From Lepidodermella squamata (Eukaryota > Animalia > Gastrotricha): 64,000 bases of DNA. The notes below the pieces were generated by a model. It had not been told where the DNA came from. It made no database searches and saw nothing but the letters and a program-made list of their open reading frames with translations. The translations under genes were made by a program, and so were the position numbers. Where the stretch lies: assembly GCA_047495785.1 (NCBI GenBank), contig JBLDXI010000038.1:62001-126000 (forward strand). Direction: 5' to 3'. The first letter of the stretch is position 1, and each line of letters begins with the position of its first letter. Below, piece by piece: positions 1 to 12,109 of this stretch.

Positions 1-2
1 TC

Positions 3-326
3 GCTCAAGAACCCTATGGCTTTGACCCGTCTATGCCTGGGCTTGCCGGAACTGAAGTCGTCGAGCACGGTGGACGGAAAAAAATCTGCGGGCGTCTGAT
101 GCATGTATCACACGATGGAAAGCCTTTGTGGTTAAACGGGGCAATCGTACAAAAGTACGAAGACCAAAAGAAAATGACGCAGTTTGAATCATGGGGATTG
201 GAAGGTGAATGGACCGATCACGTCCAATGTATTGTTGATGCTCCTGTAATTCAGAAGCTGGAAAGATCGACTAGATTGCTGCTAAATGACTTGGGACACT
301 ATTGGTTGAGCTTAATCGTAAAATAG
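3..326 (+). CDS. C-terminal part of a probable GT71/MNN1-type alpha-mannosyltransferase (5' end outside window)
   Basis: Open frame from the window edge: AQEPYGFDPSMPGLAG...KICGRLMHVSHDGKPLWLNGAIVQK...C..., resembling the fungal MNN1/MNT C-terminal pattern (Y.F.P..PG.IG...IC..l.H.d..G.plW.NGg). The catalytic region is not in the window. Confidence 0.5.
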   Translation, partial: AQEPYGFDPSMPGLAGTEVVEHGGRKKICGRLMHVSHDGKPLWLNGAIVQKYEDQKKMTQFESWGLEGEWTDHVQCIVDAPVIQKLERSTRLLLNDLGHYWLSLIVK

Positions 327-546
327 ACTTTCCTCAGTCAAAGTAAAAAGGGTTACGCATCTAAGAGTGAGATCTCGATTGAGTGGGGCAGCGAAAATAT
401 ATCTGAAGTTCAAAAAACCTCGAAACTATTTACCAGGCTGGTTGCAGATTGTCCGCAATGTGGTCGCGAGCTAGATGATTAAAGCGTAATTTGGTAGCGG
501 TAATCAGGCTTGCAGCCGATCATAAAGACTTCGAATTATGGCTCAC

Positions 547-845
547 CTAGCAGTCATTTCTTGCCAGTGGGTGAATTGCGACATGCGACGAGGGGATATG
601 AGACGGGGTCTTATGAACTCAGCGACACGACCCCGACCTGGTCACCTTCCGGATCTCTCGGGACAGACTGTTCTTTCTCAAGAATACTTAGTTGTGCGAC
701 GATCACTGGCGAGGTTGCGGTTAATAACATCGGTTAAATGCTAACTCAGAGACTATCGGAATGGGCAGGTCCCCGGAGGGGACTGCTGTTAGTCGGAAGC
801 CGACCCCTCAGTTTTTCTCCGTCCGTAACACCTGCGGCAGCTCAA
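547..845 (+). ncRNA. Candidate structured RNA element of unknown class
   Basis: Nested long-range helices: TAGCAGTC/GACTGCTG (549/781), TTGCCAGTGG/TCACTGGCGA (561/703), CGGGGTC/GACCCCG, hairpin GTCGG-AAG-CCGAC, followed by a T5 tract. Confidence 0.3.
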
Positions 846-1172
846 GACTTCAAATACTGTTAATCTCTTGAAGATTTTTTTAATTTTTATGAATACTTGT
901 TTTAATTAGATTTTTTTCTGTGAATATTCAAATTCTGCATTATTGTTATGCAAATTAGGTCTCGCCTAATTTAGAGGGGAGACTGCTCGTGCTGGCTTTA
1001 CCCTCATCGACAGATTTTGTAAGTGAGAGGCGAAAACATCGACGAGAGCAGCATCGTTACACGGTTGTCGCACAGTCCTGTTTGAAAACTAAGGAAGCCG
1101 TGCGGCAGAGAGTATTAACTGCGCCACACGAGAAGAACTTATTGAGGGAGGGTTCTGTTTCAAAAGGAGGTA

Positions 1173-3186
1173 CAGTATAATCTCTATAATCCGGACCTAT
1201 ATATCGCGGACAGCGGCTTAGTGCGGACATTTTTGAGGCGACGGACAGGTGGTGCATTGGAAAATGCAGCCGCCACGTTTCACAAAGCGGACAGCTTAAT
1301 AATCCGGACACATGCTAATTCGGACGTTTCGCGCGCAACACCTGCCATAGTAACACGTGTTATTTGAGCTCTGTAATGCGGACAGTGCGGACAGCAAAAA
1401 TTGACACTTTAATATAATTTACATTTGTTGCGATTTTACTATTTACAAATTTGTTGAGTTTTAAATGTCAGTCGAAAAATCTAAGGCTAAAAAACACACT
1501 TACCATGAATTAAATCACCAAAAACAAGTCGAGCTAATAAGGTTGAGACAAACCGATGAGAAGAAATGGTCATTCCGGGCTTTGGCCGAGCAATTCGGAT
1601 GTGGCAAGACTCAGGCGAATGAAATTTGGAAAGCGCGCGAAGAAATATTGAAACGTGAAACGGACAACGTGAGCAGCAAAAGGTAGATATATTGTAAAAA
1701 AATGTAAAAAAAAATTAATTTTAATTTTAAAATTTCAGATGCCGATTCAACGTGAAAAGATCATTAGCTGAGGTTAATTCGCTGTTGTTCACGTTTTTCT
1801 GCGCAATGTTTTCACGCGGTATGGCCGTTGATGGACCGTTGATTAAAGCTCAGGGGAGAGAATATGCAGAAGCGCTCGGAATTGAAAATTTTTCTGCGAG
1901 TGACGGTTGGCTGTCTGCTTGGAGGAAAAACTTCAACATCGTGTTCAGAAAAGTCGCTGGTGAGGCTGGCGGTGTAAACATTTCAACGCCGATGAAACCG
2001 GGTTGCTTTGGCGCACGACACCGTCAAGAACGCTCTGCTTCCGCGGTCAGACCTGCGCGGGGGGTAAACAATCGAAAGAACGCCTGTCAATATTGCTCGC
2101 ATGCAGCGCAACTGGCGAGAAGTTAAAACCACTCGTGATTGGTAAGAGCGCGCGGCCACGTTGTTTCGGTAAACTCAACATCGCCTCACTTCCGGTTACG
2201 TGGCGGCACAATCGAAAGGCCTGGATGACTGAGGTGCTGTTTGAACAATGGCTAAAAGAGCTCAATGCGAAAATGGAGGCGTGCGGCCGCAGAATTCTTT
2301 TAATGATCGATAATTGTTCTTCCCACTGTGATATCAACCTTAGCCATGTGAAACTGTTGTTTTTACCTCCCAATTGCACCTCGGTCATCCAGCCACTCGA
2401 CCAGGGAATTATTCGCTCATTCAAAGCTGCTTATCGGCGGTTTTTTCTAGCGCGCCTGTTGGTTCTCATGAAAAATGAGCCGGCTACCAGTGTGGCTGAA
2501 TTAGCCAAGCAAATAACTTTGCTTGATGCTGTAAAATGGACGAAATCAGCCTGGGCTGAAGTGAAGACAGACACAATGGTTAATTGCTTTGCCAAAGCCG
2601 GGTTTGGTGCGGAAGTTATTGCCGACTTGGCCGATGACGAGGCGACTCTGTCGAGTTTATTAATTCAAACCGGTGAAACTTCTATTTCTGTCGATGAATT
2701 CGTCGAATTCGACTCGGAAATTGTGACTTCAAACTCTCTCGAAAATTGTTCGAGCCCGTCTGACATCGCCCAGGCTGTTTTAGATCAATTTATCGCCGAT
2801 GGCTCAAAAGAAGATGAGGATGAACCGGACAAAGAAGACGAAGAAATCGAGATTACCAACGCCACTTCTAATCATGTGACTGGTAGCCGCGCTCGCGAAC
2901 ATTTGTACGGCCTGAAAAGTTTTGCTGTAGAAACCGGAAATGACCAGTTGCTCGAGCTAGTCGACCAAGTTGAAGCAATTATTGACAAAGAAATTCTGTC
3001 GCGTCTCAGCCAGCCAAAAATAACATCGTTTTTCAAATAGTTAGCAAAACAATGCGTTCCGCATTTTAATTAAATAAAAAACTAGGTTTTTGGCATTTTT
3101 TTACTTGACTTTCTCAATACGGACAGCGCACTAATGCGGACAATTTGAAGGCGACCGTAGGTGTCCGGATTATAGAGATTATACTG
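1173..3186 (+). mobile_element. Tigger/pogo-family DNA transposon, full length, transposase frameshifted
   Basis: Perfect 24-bp TIRs CAGTATAATCTCTATAATCCGGAC (1173-1196 and 3163-3186); TA target duplication at 1171-72 and 3187-88; subterminal CGGACA repeats; internal CENP-B/DDE_1 transposase. Confidence 0.95.
1465..3040 (+). pseudogene. Tigger transposase (HTH_psq + CENP-B HTH + DDD catalytic domain) with a frameshift near 1980
   Basis: Exon 1465-1682, intron 1683-1738, exon from 1739. Motifs FSASDGWL, FNADETG, IDNCSSH, QPLDQG (DD29D spacing). GEAGGVNI joins FNADETG out of frame and the usual linker between them is missing. Confidence 0.9.
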
Positions 3187-5899
3187 TAGAACAACAAATG
3201 CCGCGTGAGACCTACCCCACTCTGCTCGCCCTGCTCGCTCCGTCTCGCAGGTCCAATGTGAGAAGAGGAGCAGTGGAGTACTGCGCCACTGGCGAGACGG
3301 TAGGCTCAGAACCACTCCATCGGTATCAATGAGATGTGCATAATCCATAATCACACTGACAACTGATACGCAAAGAACGGTTGAGACAATTTCCGTTTCA
3401 AAATGAGCAAAGACAAACGAAGCCGCGACATCGTGAGAAGTATTTCAATGATTTAGTCAACGGAGTATTTCACTGAAAATCACTGAAGCCTGCGTCGTTG
3501 CAGTTAAGATGAGATTGCAAATAGCTAAAATGACTCTGATTGCGCTTCTGATTCACAAACGATACATTTCCAATGCCCCTTCGCCTTCCATTCAACATTA
3601 TCATCAGCCTACGATGATCAAAGCAGAACGCCTCTTCACTGAGGTGTGTTTTATCACTGTAACACTTATTCACACCGTTCGATAGTAGTCGGTCAATTGT
3701 CCTGTATGAAAGACTTCTGATTTTCACTGATCATCGTTTCATCCACTTTCTATTTTCTATATTGCTGTCACACGACGCCTGCAATGCCATTGAAATATGA
3801 TTGCAGACTACAATTCCCGCTTCTCTTGTGCGTATGATTCGCAGATGAGACACTCTCAACGCCCACACTTTTTTCTAGGTCAAAGGCAGGGTTGCCGTTG
3901 TTTTTAGAACAATGTTCAACATTGTTGATATTGTTTATTTTTGTTCAACATCCGAACTCCGAGCACATGACTTATAGGTTAAGATAATCTGATTTATAGA
4001 AAACATACCCTAATGCCTCGAGCACACAATTTAGGTTTCGCTGAACTCATGTCAGCTCACGTTTTATTATTATTACTGGATTGCTGCTCCTTGAGAATCT
4101 CAGGAGTCATTCCAGAATCCAGAATCTCAATGAGGTTATTCACGCTGCGCTATCATTCAGTTAAAATTAATAACTGATCAGTGATTTCAGTGATCAATAA
4201 AATGTGAGTTTCGTATCTAATAAAGAGCAAGTAATATCGGAAGAAAGCTTCTCTACGACATGGCTAAGATCTATTCCATACCTAGTCATCAGTAATTGTT
4301 TAGTTTTATATTCAAAAAACTATTATCGGAAGAACGCTGTTATATGATAGAGCTAATTCCTCTAATGGTACGCATTCCGAGATCTAACCTTAATACGCAT
4401 CTAAAGAGAGCAGAAGCATGATGCTGAGAGATGAAGCTACCCTGAGAGTTCTTCGCAAATGGAATAATATTGATATCGGCCATCGGCCTCAATCCAATTA
4501 GTTTATGTTACTTTTATTCCTCTTGATTACTCTTGAACTTCTAGATCTTCTCAGAAATTTACCGGCTGAATTCCTTCGAGATTAATCTATCGAGCGCAAT
4601 TGTGCTTCCAATTTTGATTTTGAGTTGGCATATTTTTCGTTGGAAGCGTGATGGAACCGAGAGAAATTCGGAGTTCAGAATCGTCAATAAGCGCAGAACG
4701 ATCCTTACCTGAGCATTTCATTGCGCAGTGAAATCATACCTCTACGGACAGATTGAGATACGCAACTGAGCACAATAAAACTGAATGAAGAATTCCGATG
4801 AGAGCTTGTGGGAGCTTGTAAAACTGAGTGGAAACGGCGGATCAAACGCGCCGATACTCGTTGGTGTCATGCAGTGAATCAAATTGAAAACGCATCGCCA
4901 CGCTGACTGCATGCTCTGATCGTTTAGCTAGGGCTGGGTGACTTGCTCAATGCCACGAACATCTGACCACTTCTCTACTCGAACTCTTGACTCTTGTGAA
5001 TGGAAGATCTGATATTTCAAGCTGTTTTTTTCAAGGCATCTAGGCGAACCAGGTGAAGTCGACAGCCTGTCTAACGTCTGATATCTCGTCGAAATTGAGA
5101 CAAAAGGTCTGGGATCACCATCTAATACGCCCCCTTATGATCTTTGAGATTGGTCGCCTCACTTTCCTCTGTTATCCAAATTGCCAAATTGGGACCTGCC
5201 CATTACGCCACGCTGCAAGCGCAGCGCAGCGGCGTAAGACAATTAAAATCTTCCTTACAACTTCATTCAACTGCAGTGACCAGAGCAACTTGAAACTTAA
5301 AACTTGAAATTTGTTTGGTAGAGCATGCGACAAATAGAACCATAGCTTTTCTGTTTTGTCAGTTATATTAATTTTAATACAAATAATTGCATGTTTATTA
5401 ATAAATAATTAATGCTTCTTTTCAGTTTTCACGCGTAAAATAAATAGGCCAAATTCCGATCCCGCGCCCGCCGCCGCGATTTGTCGCCGGTACCTCGGCG
5501 GAACGTAGCCCTTTTCCCTTGATTGAACACGCTATCCTTGTCAAGCTGCAAATTGTGCGTTATTGATCGCCTATCAGCGCGTTGTGATGTCGAACTGAAG
5601 TCCTAGTTTTTGACCTATAACCCGCCTTCGAGCAGTAGAACACTAGCTGTAGCGGAGACAGCTTGATTGGAAACCCTTGTACCAACTGAAAATAGAAAGG
5701 CGAAAATCCATTTCGTACTCTCAATTAGGGCCAGACTCTTTGATGAGGCATTAGTTTCAGTTATTTAGTCACATTATTTTGGTTTTTGTATCATTGTCGT
5801 TTTCATTAATTGCACTATTTATGTGATAGGTGTTACTTTAGTTTCTCCTAGTTCTGTCGCAGAAAGTCCTCCCTCTCTGTGGTCACGAGAATTGAGAAA

Positions 5900-8800
5900 A
5901 TGGGCACTCGCCCACCAGCAGCTCACAGCGTTATTGCTGGATTTCTTTGCGGTGAACCGGTATGTCAGGCTTGGTTTAATATTTAAATGTAACTAATTAT
6001 TATTTTGATGTGCAGCAATATCCTACGCTAAACAAGTCTCTTGACCTCAGCTTGTGCGCCCATGATACTGCTGCTGTTTTCCTCCCAGCAGGATATGCTG
6101 CTCTAGTTTGCCTACCGTATCTCATCTATGTATTGCGGTATTGCAGACCAGTAGCATCTGCTGCTTACTCGGGACGAGTGGTCCCAATGTTGAAAGTTCT
6201 TTTCGCGTTCCTGTACATGTGCTTCTACCTCACTGAAACCGTCTACACCTTGGATTTGGTTTTTGTCGCGAGAACTCCCATTTATCACGCCCTCGTCAGG
6301 TTATTCGTGATGATGGTCACTAGCGTGAGTTGATTCGTACTTCACCTGCGCATCCTGAGGTAAATTCATTTTAATTCTATTAGGTGACTGTGTTGCTGTT
6401 GAGTTTCATTGAACGACGGAAGAATCTTGCTACCTCGATTTGTTTGTTCACATTCTGGCTCTTGGTACTTCTGGTTACTTCGTTCCGATTTGCCTCGGGC
6501 ATCACTCAAAAATGGTTCCAGGTAAATTTCACTTCTCCCCATCATCGACAATTCTGAAATTGTCTTCTAGTTTACACCAAACATTGTGTACTTCGTATAC
6601 ACGTGTATGCAATTGGCTATTGCTCTCGTTCAAACCGTTTTATATGGGTTTTTCGGGGCCGGAAATCCGGATGAGAAGAAAAAGGATGACGTTCTACTGG
6701 CTGAGCATCATTCTGAATCGAAACCTCCGATTGATCACGTTAGTCCTGCCAAATTATTATCACGCGATAGTTAACTTATGTTTTCCTACATAGAAAATCA
6801 GCCCCGAACTTGGAGCTTCTGTCGTGTCTCAGTTATCTTTCTGGTGGATGACTGGGTATGCTTGAAGATGCACGAATTTAAAATGACCAGTTGATTTATC
6901 TTTCAGTTTGATAATTGACGGGTGGCGCAAACCACTGCAGCCGTCTAACATTTGGCTGTTACCTCCGGATGAATGGAGTCGATTGCTTTGCATGCGTTTC
7001 AAAGCGGCATGGGACGAATGCGTTCGATTAGCGGAGAGAATTTTGCCAAGGATGCCCGAACGCCAAGTCACTGTTGTTGAAATAGACCCAACTTCTGGAG
7101 TCGAGCTTAACGCAAATATGCAGCAAATTCGGGGAAACCAGCCGCTGAAGAAGCCATCTATGACTTTGCTGAAAGCGTTATTTAAAGCTTACGGGGCTCA
7201 ATTTGCTTTTGCCGGGCTGCTTAAATTACTTCAGGACGCGTCTCTACTCGTCGGACCAATTTTTATGATGATAATTACTCGTTACATGAAGGACAGCAGC
7301 ACCCGCCCTGTTTGGCACGGATACATGGCCGTGGTTGGGTTGTGTGTCAACACTCTCCTACAGACAACCTTCCTCCAGCAATATTTTTACGTTGTCAGTT
7401 TGGTTGGAATGCGAATTAGAGCTGCTCTTACTGGGGCCATTTTCGAAAAATGCCTGCGCCTTTCGAACGCGGCAAGGCAGAAAACCACAACAGGTCAAAC
7501 AGTTAATCTGATGGCAGTGGACGCCAGTCATTTTCTGGACACATCTATGTTCGTCCACATTTTGTGGTCTGCCCCGTTGCAAATTACCATTGCTATCGTT
7601 TTGCTATGGTTTAACCTGGGACCTGCTACTCTTGCAGGACTTGCGGTTATGATTTTGATGGTTGTTTTCTCGGGCTTTGTCGCAAAATTCGCCAAAAAGT
7701 ATCAGTTTGCCAAGATGAAGAAAAAGGACGAGCGAATCAAGCTGATCAACGAAATGTTAATGGGCATGAAAGCTATCAAGCTCTACGCTTGGGAGAAATC
7801 TTTCCAAGCGAAGGTTGATAAAGCTCGCGATGAAGAAGTTGACTATTTGAAGAAGTCAATTATGCTCCAATGCGTTTCTGCCACCGTTTGGAGCGTCGCT
7901 CCTCATTTAGTCACTCTTGTAACTTTTGCCGCTTACATTTTCTCGGACCCTGAGGCTGATTTAGATCCAGTGAAGGCGTTCGTTTCAATCGTTTTGTTCA
8001 ACATTATGCGGTTTCCTCTGATCGTGCTGCCAAACGTCATTTCGAACGTTGTTCAAAGCACTGTTTCACTGAAGAGAATAGCTGACTACTTGATGCTGGA
8101 TGAGTTGGACGAATCAGCTGTTTTACACAACCGCCCGAGCAGTAATTCAGTAGTTGCAATTCGTGATGGCGAATTCTCTTGGTCAGACCCAAATGAACCA
8201 AGCGAAAATACAACCGAACAACAGCCGAGCAATAAACAGACTGAAAAATTTGTCCTGACTGGCATCAATATTGAAGTGAAACGAGGTTCTTTAGTCGCAA
8301 TTGTCGGTCAAGTCGGAGCTGGCAAGTCTTCGCTTCTTTCTTCACTATTGGGCGAAATGGTTAAAATCAGGGGCGCCGTCGAAATCAGCGGCAATTGCGG
8401 ATATGTCGCCCAAACGCCATGGATTCAAAACGCTACCTTGAAAAACAACATTTTGTTCTCTTCTCCTGAAGAACCTCGTTTTTACAGCGAAGTTGTCGAC
8501 GCCTGCGCTCTGACTCCGGACTTGGAGATACTAGCCGCTGGCGATTCGACTGAAATCGGGGAGAAGGGTATCAATTTGTCAGGTGGGCAAAAACAAAGAA
8601 TCGCGTTGGCTCGCGCTGTCTATGCAAAATCGGAAGTATACTTGCTTGATGACCCATTATCGGCCGTTGACTCTTACACCGCTCGCCATTTGTTCGAACG
8701 TGTCATTGGGCCGAATGGTTTGCTAGCTAAAGACATGCACGGGCCCAAAACCCGAATTTGGGCGACTCATCGTCTCAATTTCCTGCCTCACACTGATCAT

Positions 8801-10996
8801 ATCATTTTGATGGATAAGGGGAAAATTGTTGCGCAAGGCACCTTCCGAGAAATGCTAACATCAAGTCCGCTATTTCTTGATCTGATCCGATCTTACATGC
8901 AGTCTCAGGATGTTGATAATGACGAAGCACTCGAATTGGAAAGCGCTTTGGCCTCGGAAACCGTTACGGACGCATCCATCAGTCGTCAGAGTTCGGTTTC
9001 GAGCGGTTTACCGGCAGGTAGCACTACCGATCTATCAGTGCCGAAAAAGCGCCGAGCTCCCATGTCACCAAAAGCTGAAATCGAGGAGGCTGTTGAAATC
9101 GCCAAGAAAAAGAAAGCTCAAAGAATCACGGAAGCTGAAGAAATCAAGGAGGGTCAAATCAAAATGTCGATTTTCTCGAGTTACGCGAAAGCTCTTGGCG
9201 CGTTTTTCGTCCTAATCGTGATTTTGTTTTTCATTCTATCGAACGCTCTGTCTGTTGGCGCTCAAAACTATTTGTCGTACTGGACTGATGCTGTTGCTAA
9301 GAACGCTACGGCGGCTTTGCCGAACAAACCGCGAAATTTCACCATCATTTCAGTGTTGTATATCGGCCAAGCTGCGACTGTTATGATTGCGACAATTGCT
9401 ATGGCGTATTCGTCAATTCGCGCCGCAGTTGGGCTGCACTCGCGTCTTCTTGACTCGATCACTCACACTGCTATGACTTTCTTCGAATCGACCCCGATCG
9501 GGCGGATCGTTAATCGGTTTTCAAAGGATATTGACGTTGTCGATTCAGCTCTTCGCGAAACGATCATGGGATTCTTAGCGTGTGCACTCCACGTCTTGGC
9601 TACCTTCATTATAATTTCGGTGAAGCTGCCAATTTTCCTATCGGTTGGAATTCCTCTTCTAGTCGTCTACATGTTCATACAACGAATTTTCGTCGCATCG
9701 ATGAGACAACTGAAGCGAATTGAATCGGTCGCGCGGTCTCCGCTGTTGTCCCAGTTTTCTGAGACAATCACCGGTGTCTCGACTATCCGGGCGTTTGGCC
9801 GGCAATCGCAGTTCAACGACCAGTTCCTGAAGGCCCTCGATGAAAATCAAATGGCAACATACGTCAGCCAAATGGGTAATCGCTGGTTGTCGGTTCGAAT
9901 GGAACTTATCGGATCAGTCGTCATTTTTGTCACTGCCCTATTTGGTGTTCTGCGTCGCGATGAAGTCGACCCCGGTGCCATTGGTCTCGCCCTTGCCTAT
10001 GCAATGTCGGTTTCTCAAACGCTGAATTGGATGGTTCGTCAGTCTTCGGAGGTCGAGACTAACATTGTCGCAGTCGAACGTATCGACGAATACATGTCGA
10101 CCCAGAAGGAGGGAGCCTGGGCCGTCCCGTCAATCGACTTGTCACCCCAGCTTGAGCATTGGCCGCGTTCTGGTCAAATCGTGTTTGAAAACGTGGTCTT
10201 GAAATACCGAGAGGGTCTCGACCCAGCCCTTCGCGGGCTCAGCTTCACTGTTCAGCCGAAAGAAAAAGTGGGCATTGTCGGCAGAACTGGGGCTGGCAAA
10301 TCGAGCCTTAGCGTCGCTTTGTTGCGCCTTGTTGAAATCTCCGAGGGTCGTATTCTGATCGACGGCGTCGACCTTCGAACAATCGGTGTCCACGCACTCC
10401 GACGCGCTGTTACGCCCATCCCACAAGATTCGACTTTGTTCTCTGGCACGCTTCGATTCAACCTCGATCCTTTCAACAAGCAAACAGACGAAGACTTACT
10501 GCACGCGCTTGAATTAGTCAACTTGCGCTCGTTTGTCGATAGCGATGCAAAGGGTCTGGAGATGGCGATTGCGGAAAACGGCGACAATCTGTCGGCTGGC
10601 CAGCGGCAGCTGGTTTGCATGGCTCGAGCGTTGCTGCGCCGCCCTAACCCGAAGCCGCACGATCATTTGCAACACCGACAGGCTCATATTTTGCTGATGG
10701 ACGAAGCGACGGCGGCGGTCGACGTCAGTACTGATCGGTTGATCACCGAAATGGTGCACCGAGAGTTTGCCGAATCGACGGTTTTGACCATTGCCCATCG
10801 TCTAGACACCGTTATAACCTACGACAAGTAAGAATTTGCTTCAATAATATCGCTGTTTTTCAATATCATGATGGTTTTTAGAATTTTGGTGCTGTCTAAT
10901 GGCCAGCTCCTCGAATATGACACACCTGCGAATTTATTAGCCGACCATTCTTCTGAATTCTACAAAATGGCGAAATCAGCTGGAATCGTGAAATAA
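5900..10996 (+). CDS. ABCC1: ABCC/MRP1-like multidrug resistance-associated ABC transporter (TMD0-L0-TMD1-NBD1-TMD2-NBD2)
   Basis: Short 5' exons encode TMD0 (ERRK...LFTFWLL) and L0 (SPELGASVVSQLSFWWMTG). A 3.9-kb exon has GQVGAGKS, LSGGQKQR, YLLDD, GRTGAGKS, LSAGQRQ, MDEATA and IAHRL. The last exon from about 10882 ends EFYKMAKSAGIVK*. Orthology within ABCC1/2/3 is not resolved. Confidence 0.92.
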
Positions 10997-12109
10997 AGCT
11001 GGACGCATTATCTGATATTACGAATCTGATCAAATTTCAACCTCGGTTTTTTTCTCACGCACTGTCTCGCCCAGTTTGTTGAATCTTGCGCCATTTGACT
11101 TCAATCTTTATCTCTGATATAATCTTGAACTGTTGTAATCCTGTGAAAAAAATTCATCTGTATATACACGAAACGCAAATAATACTAAAATTAGTTTTTG
11201 AAAAAATTCTGGTCCTAATTACGAATATGTGTACATTGCTCTATTAGAAATATGTTGTCGGTCTTTCGATATAGTTCGCGCTGTGCGAGGCATGTTTCTA
11301 TACCGGAGACCTATCGAATGTTCCTTTGACTTCTGTGAGAGAAATATCCCGTTGTTGTTTAGTTTTTTGGCCTTGAGTTCCGTGTGATGTTGCGTCGTCC
11401 ACAACAGCTGTAATGATATTGCAGTGCGCCTAGCTGATGTTAGAATGTTGTGACACAATAAACGCTGACTTTGCTCACGAAAAATAAAGGCGTCAATGCG
11501 CCTGTAGTCCTCTTATCAAAACCAAATGTTATCAATCAATGAACAAGGCTGAAGTTATATAATGCTGTACGCAACATTCATCACACATTTTTCTATACAG
11601 GTCTGATGATTCATGAATGGCTCATCTATTTTTTTCCGTGTTTATTCATACTGCCACGTATGCGAATGAAAAGCGTAGCACTCTCTGCATATTAATACTT
11701 GTATATTTTGGCTGAAGGATGAAATCTGACCACCTTCTCAGATCTGTATCGTTTATCCGTCTTCACTTTTGAAGATGAGTTGCTATAGTCTCTTTGCAAA
11801 TTTTGTTGCTTCCGTTGCGTTTCTATCATCATTTCGACCACGTGTCTATGAATATGAAATTATCATCCTTCCTGAAAAACAATACCCCGAACCGATTTCT
11901 TTTGTGCATTTGAAAGAATATGAGCCGACAGATAGAGAGAGAGAGAGAGATATGAAGATTGTATGTCACTCCCGACAACGTTGTTGCGCTTTGTTTGAGA
12001 CGGTTCGTATTTGTATTATCAGTAACTGATTACTATTTTCTTTTGTTAGAGTAAAAATGCAAGGAAATTATTGAAAACTGAGTTTATTTGTGTTTGATTC
12101 TAGAATTTT

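Noticed and set aside
3468-4196. Inverted TCACTGAAA(A)TCACTGA motifs suggesting a foldback element
   Set aside because: Short and imperfect, with no target site duplication identified.
11600-11630. CTGATGA hammerhead ribozyme core
   Set aside because: No stem II followed by GAAA and no flanking stems.
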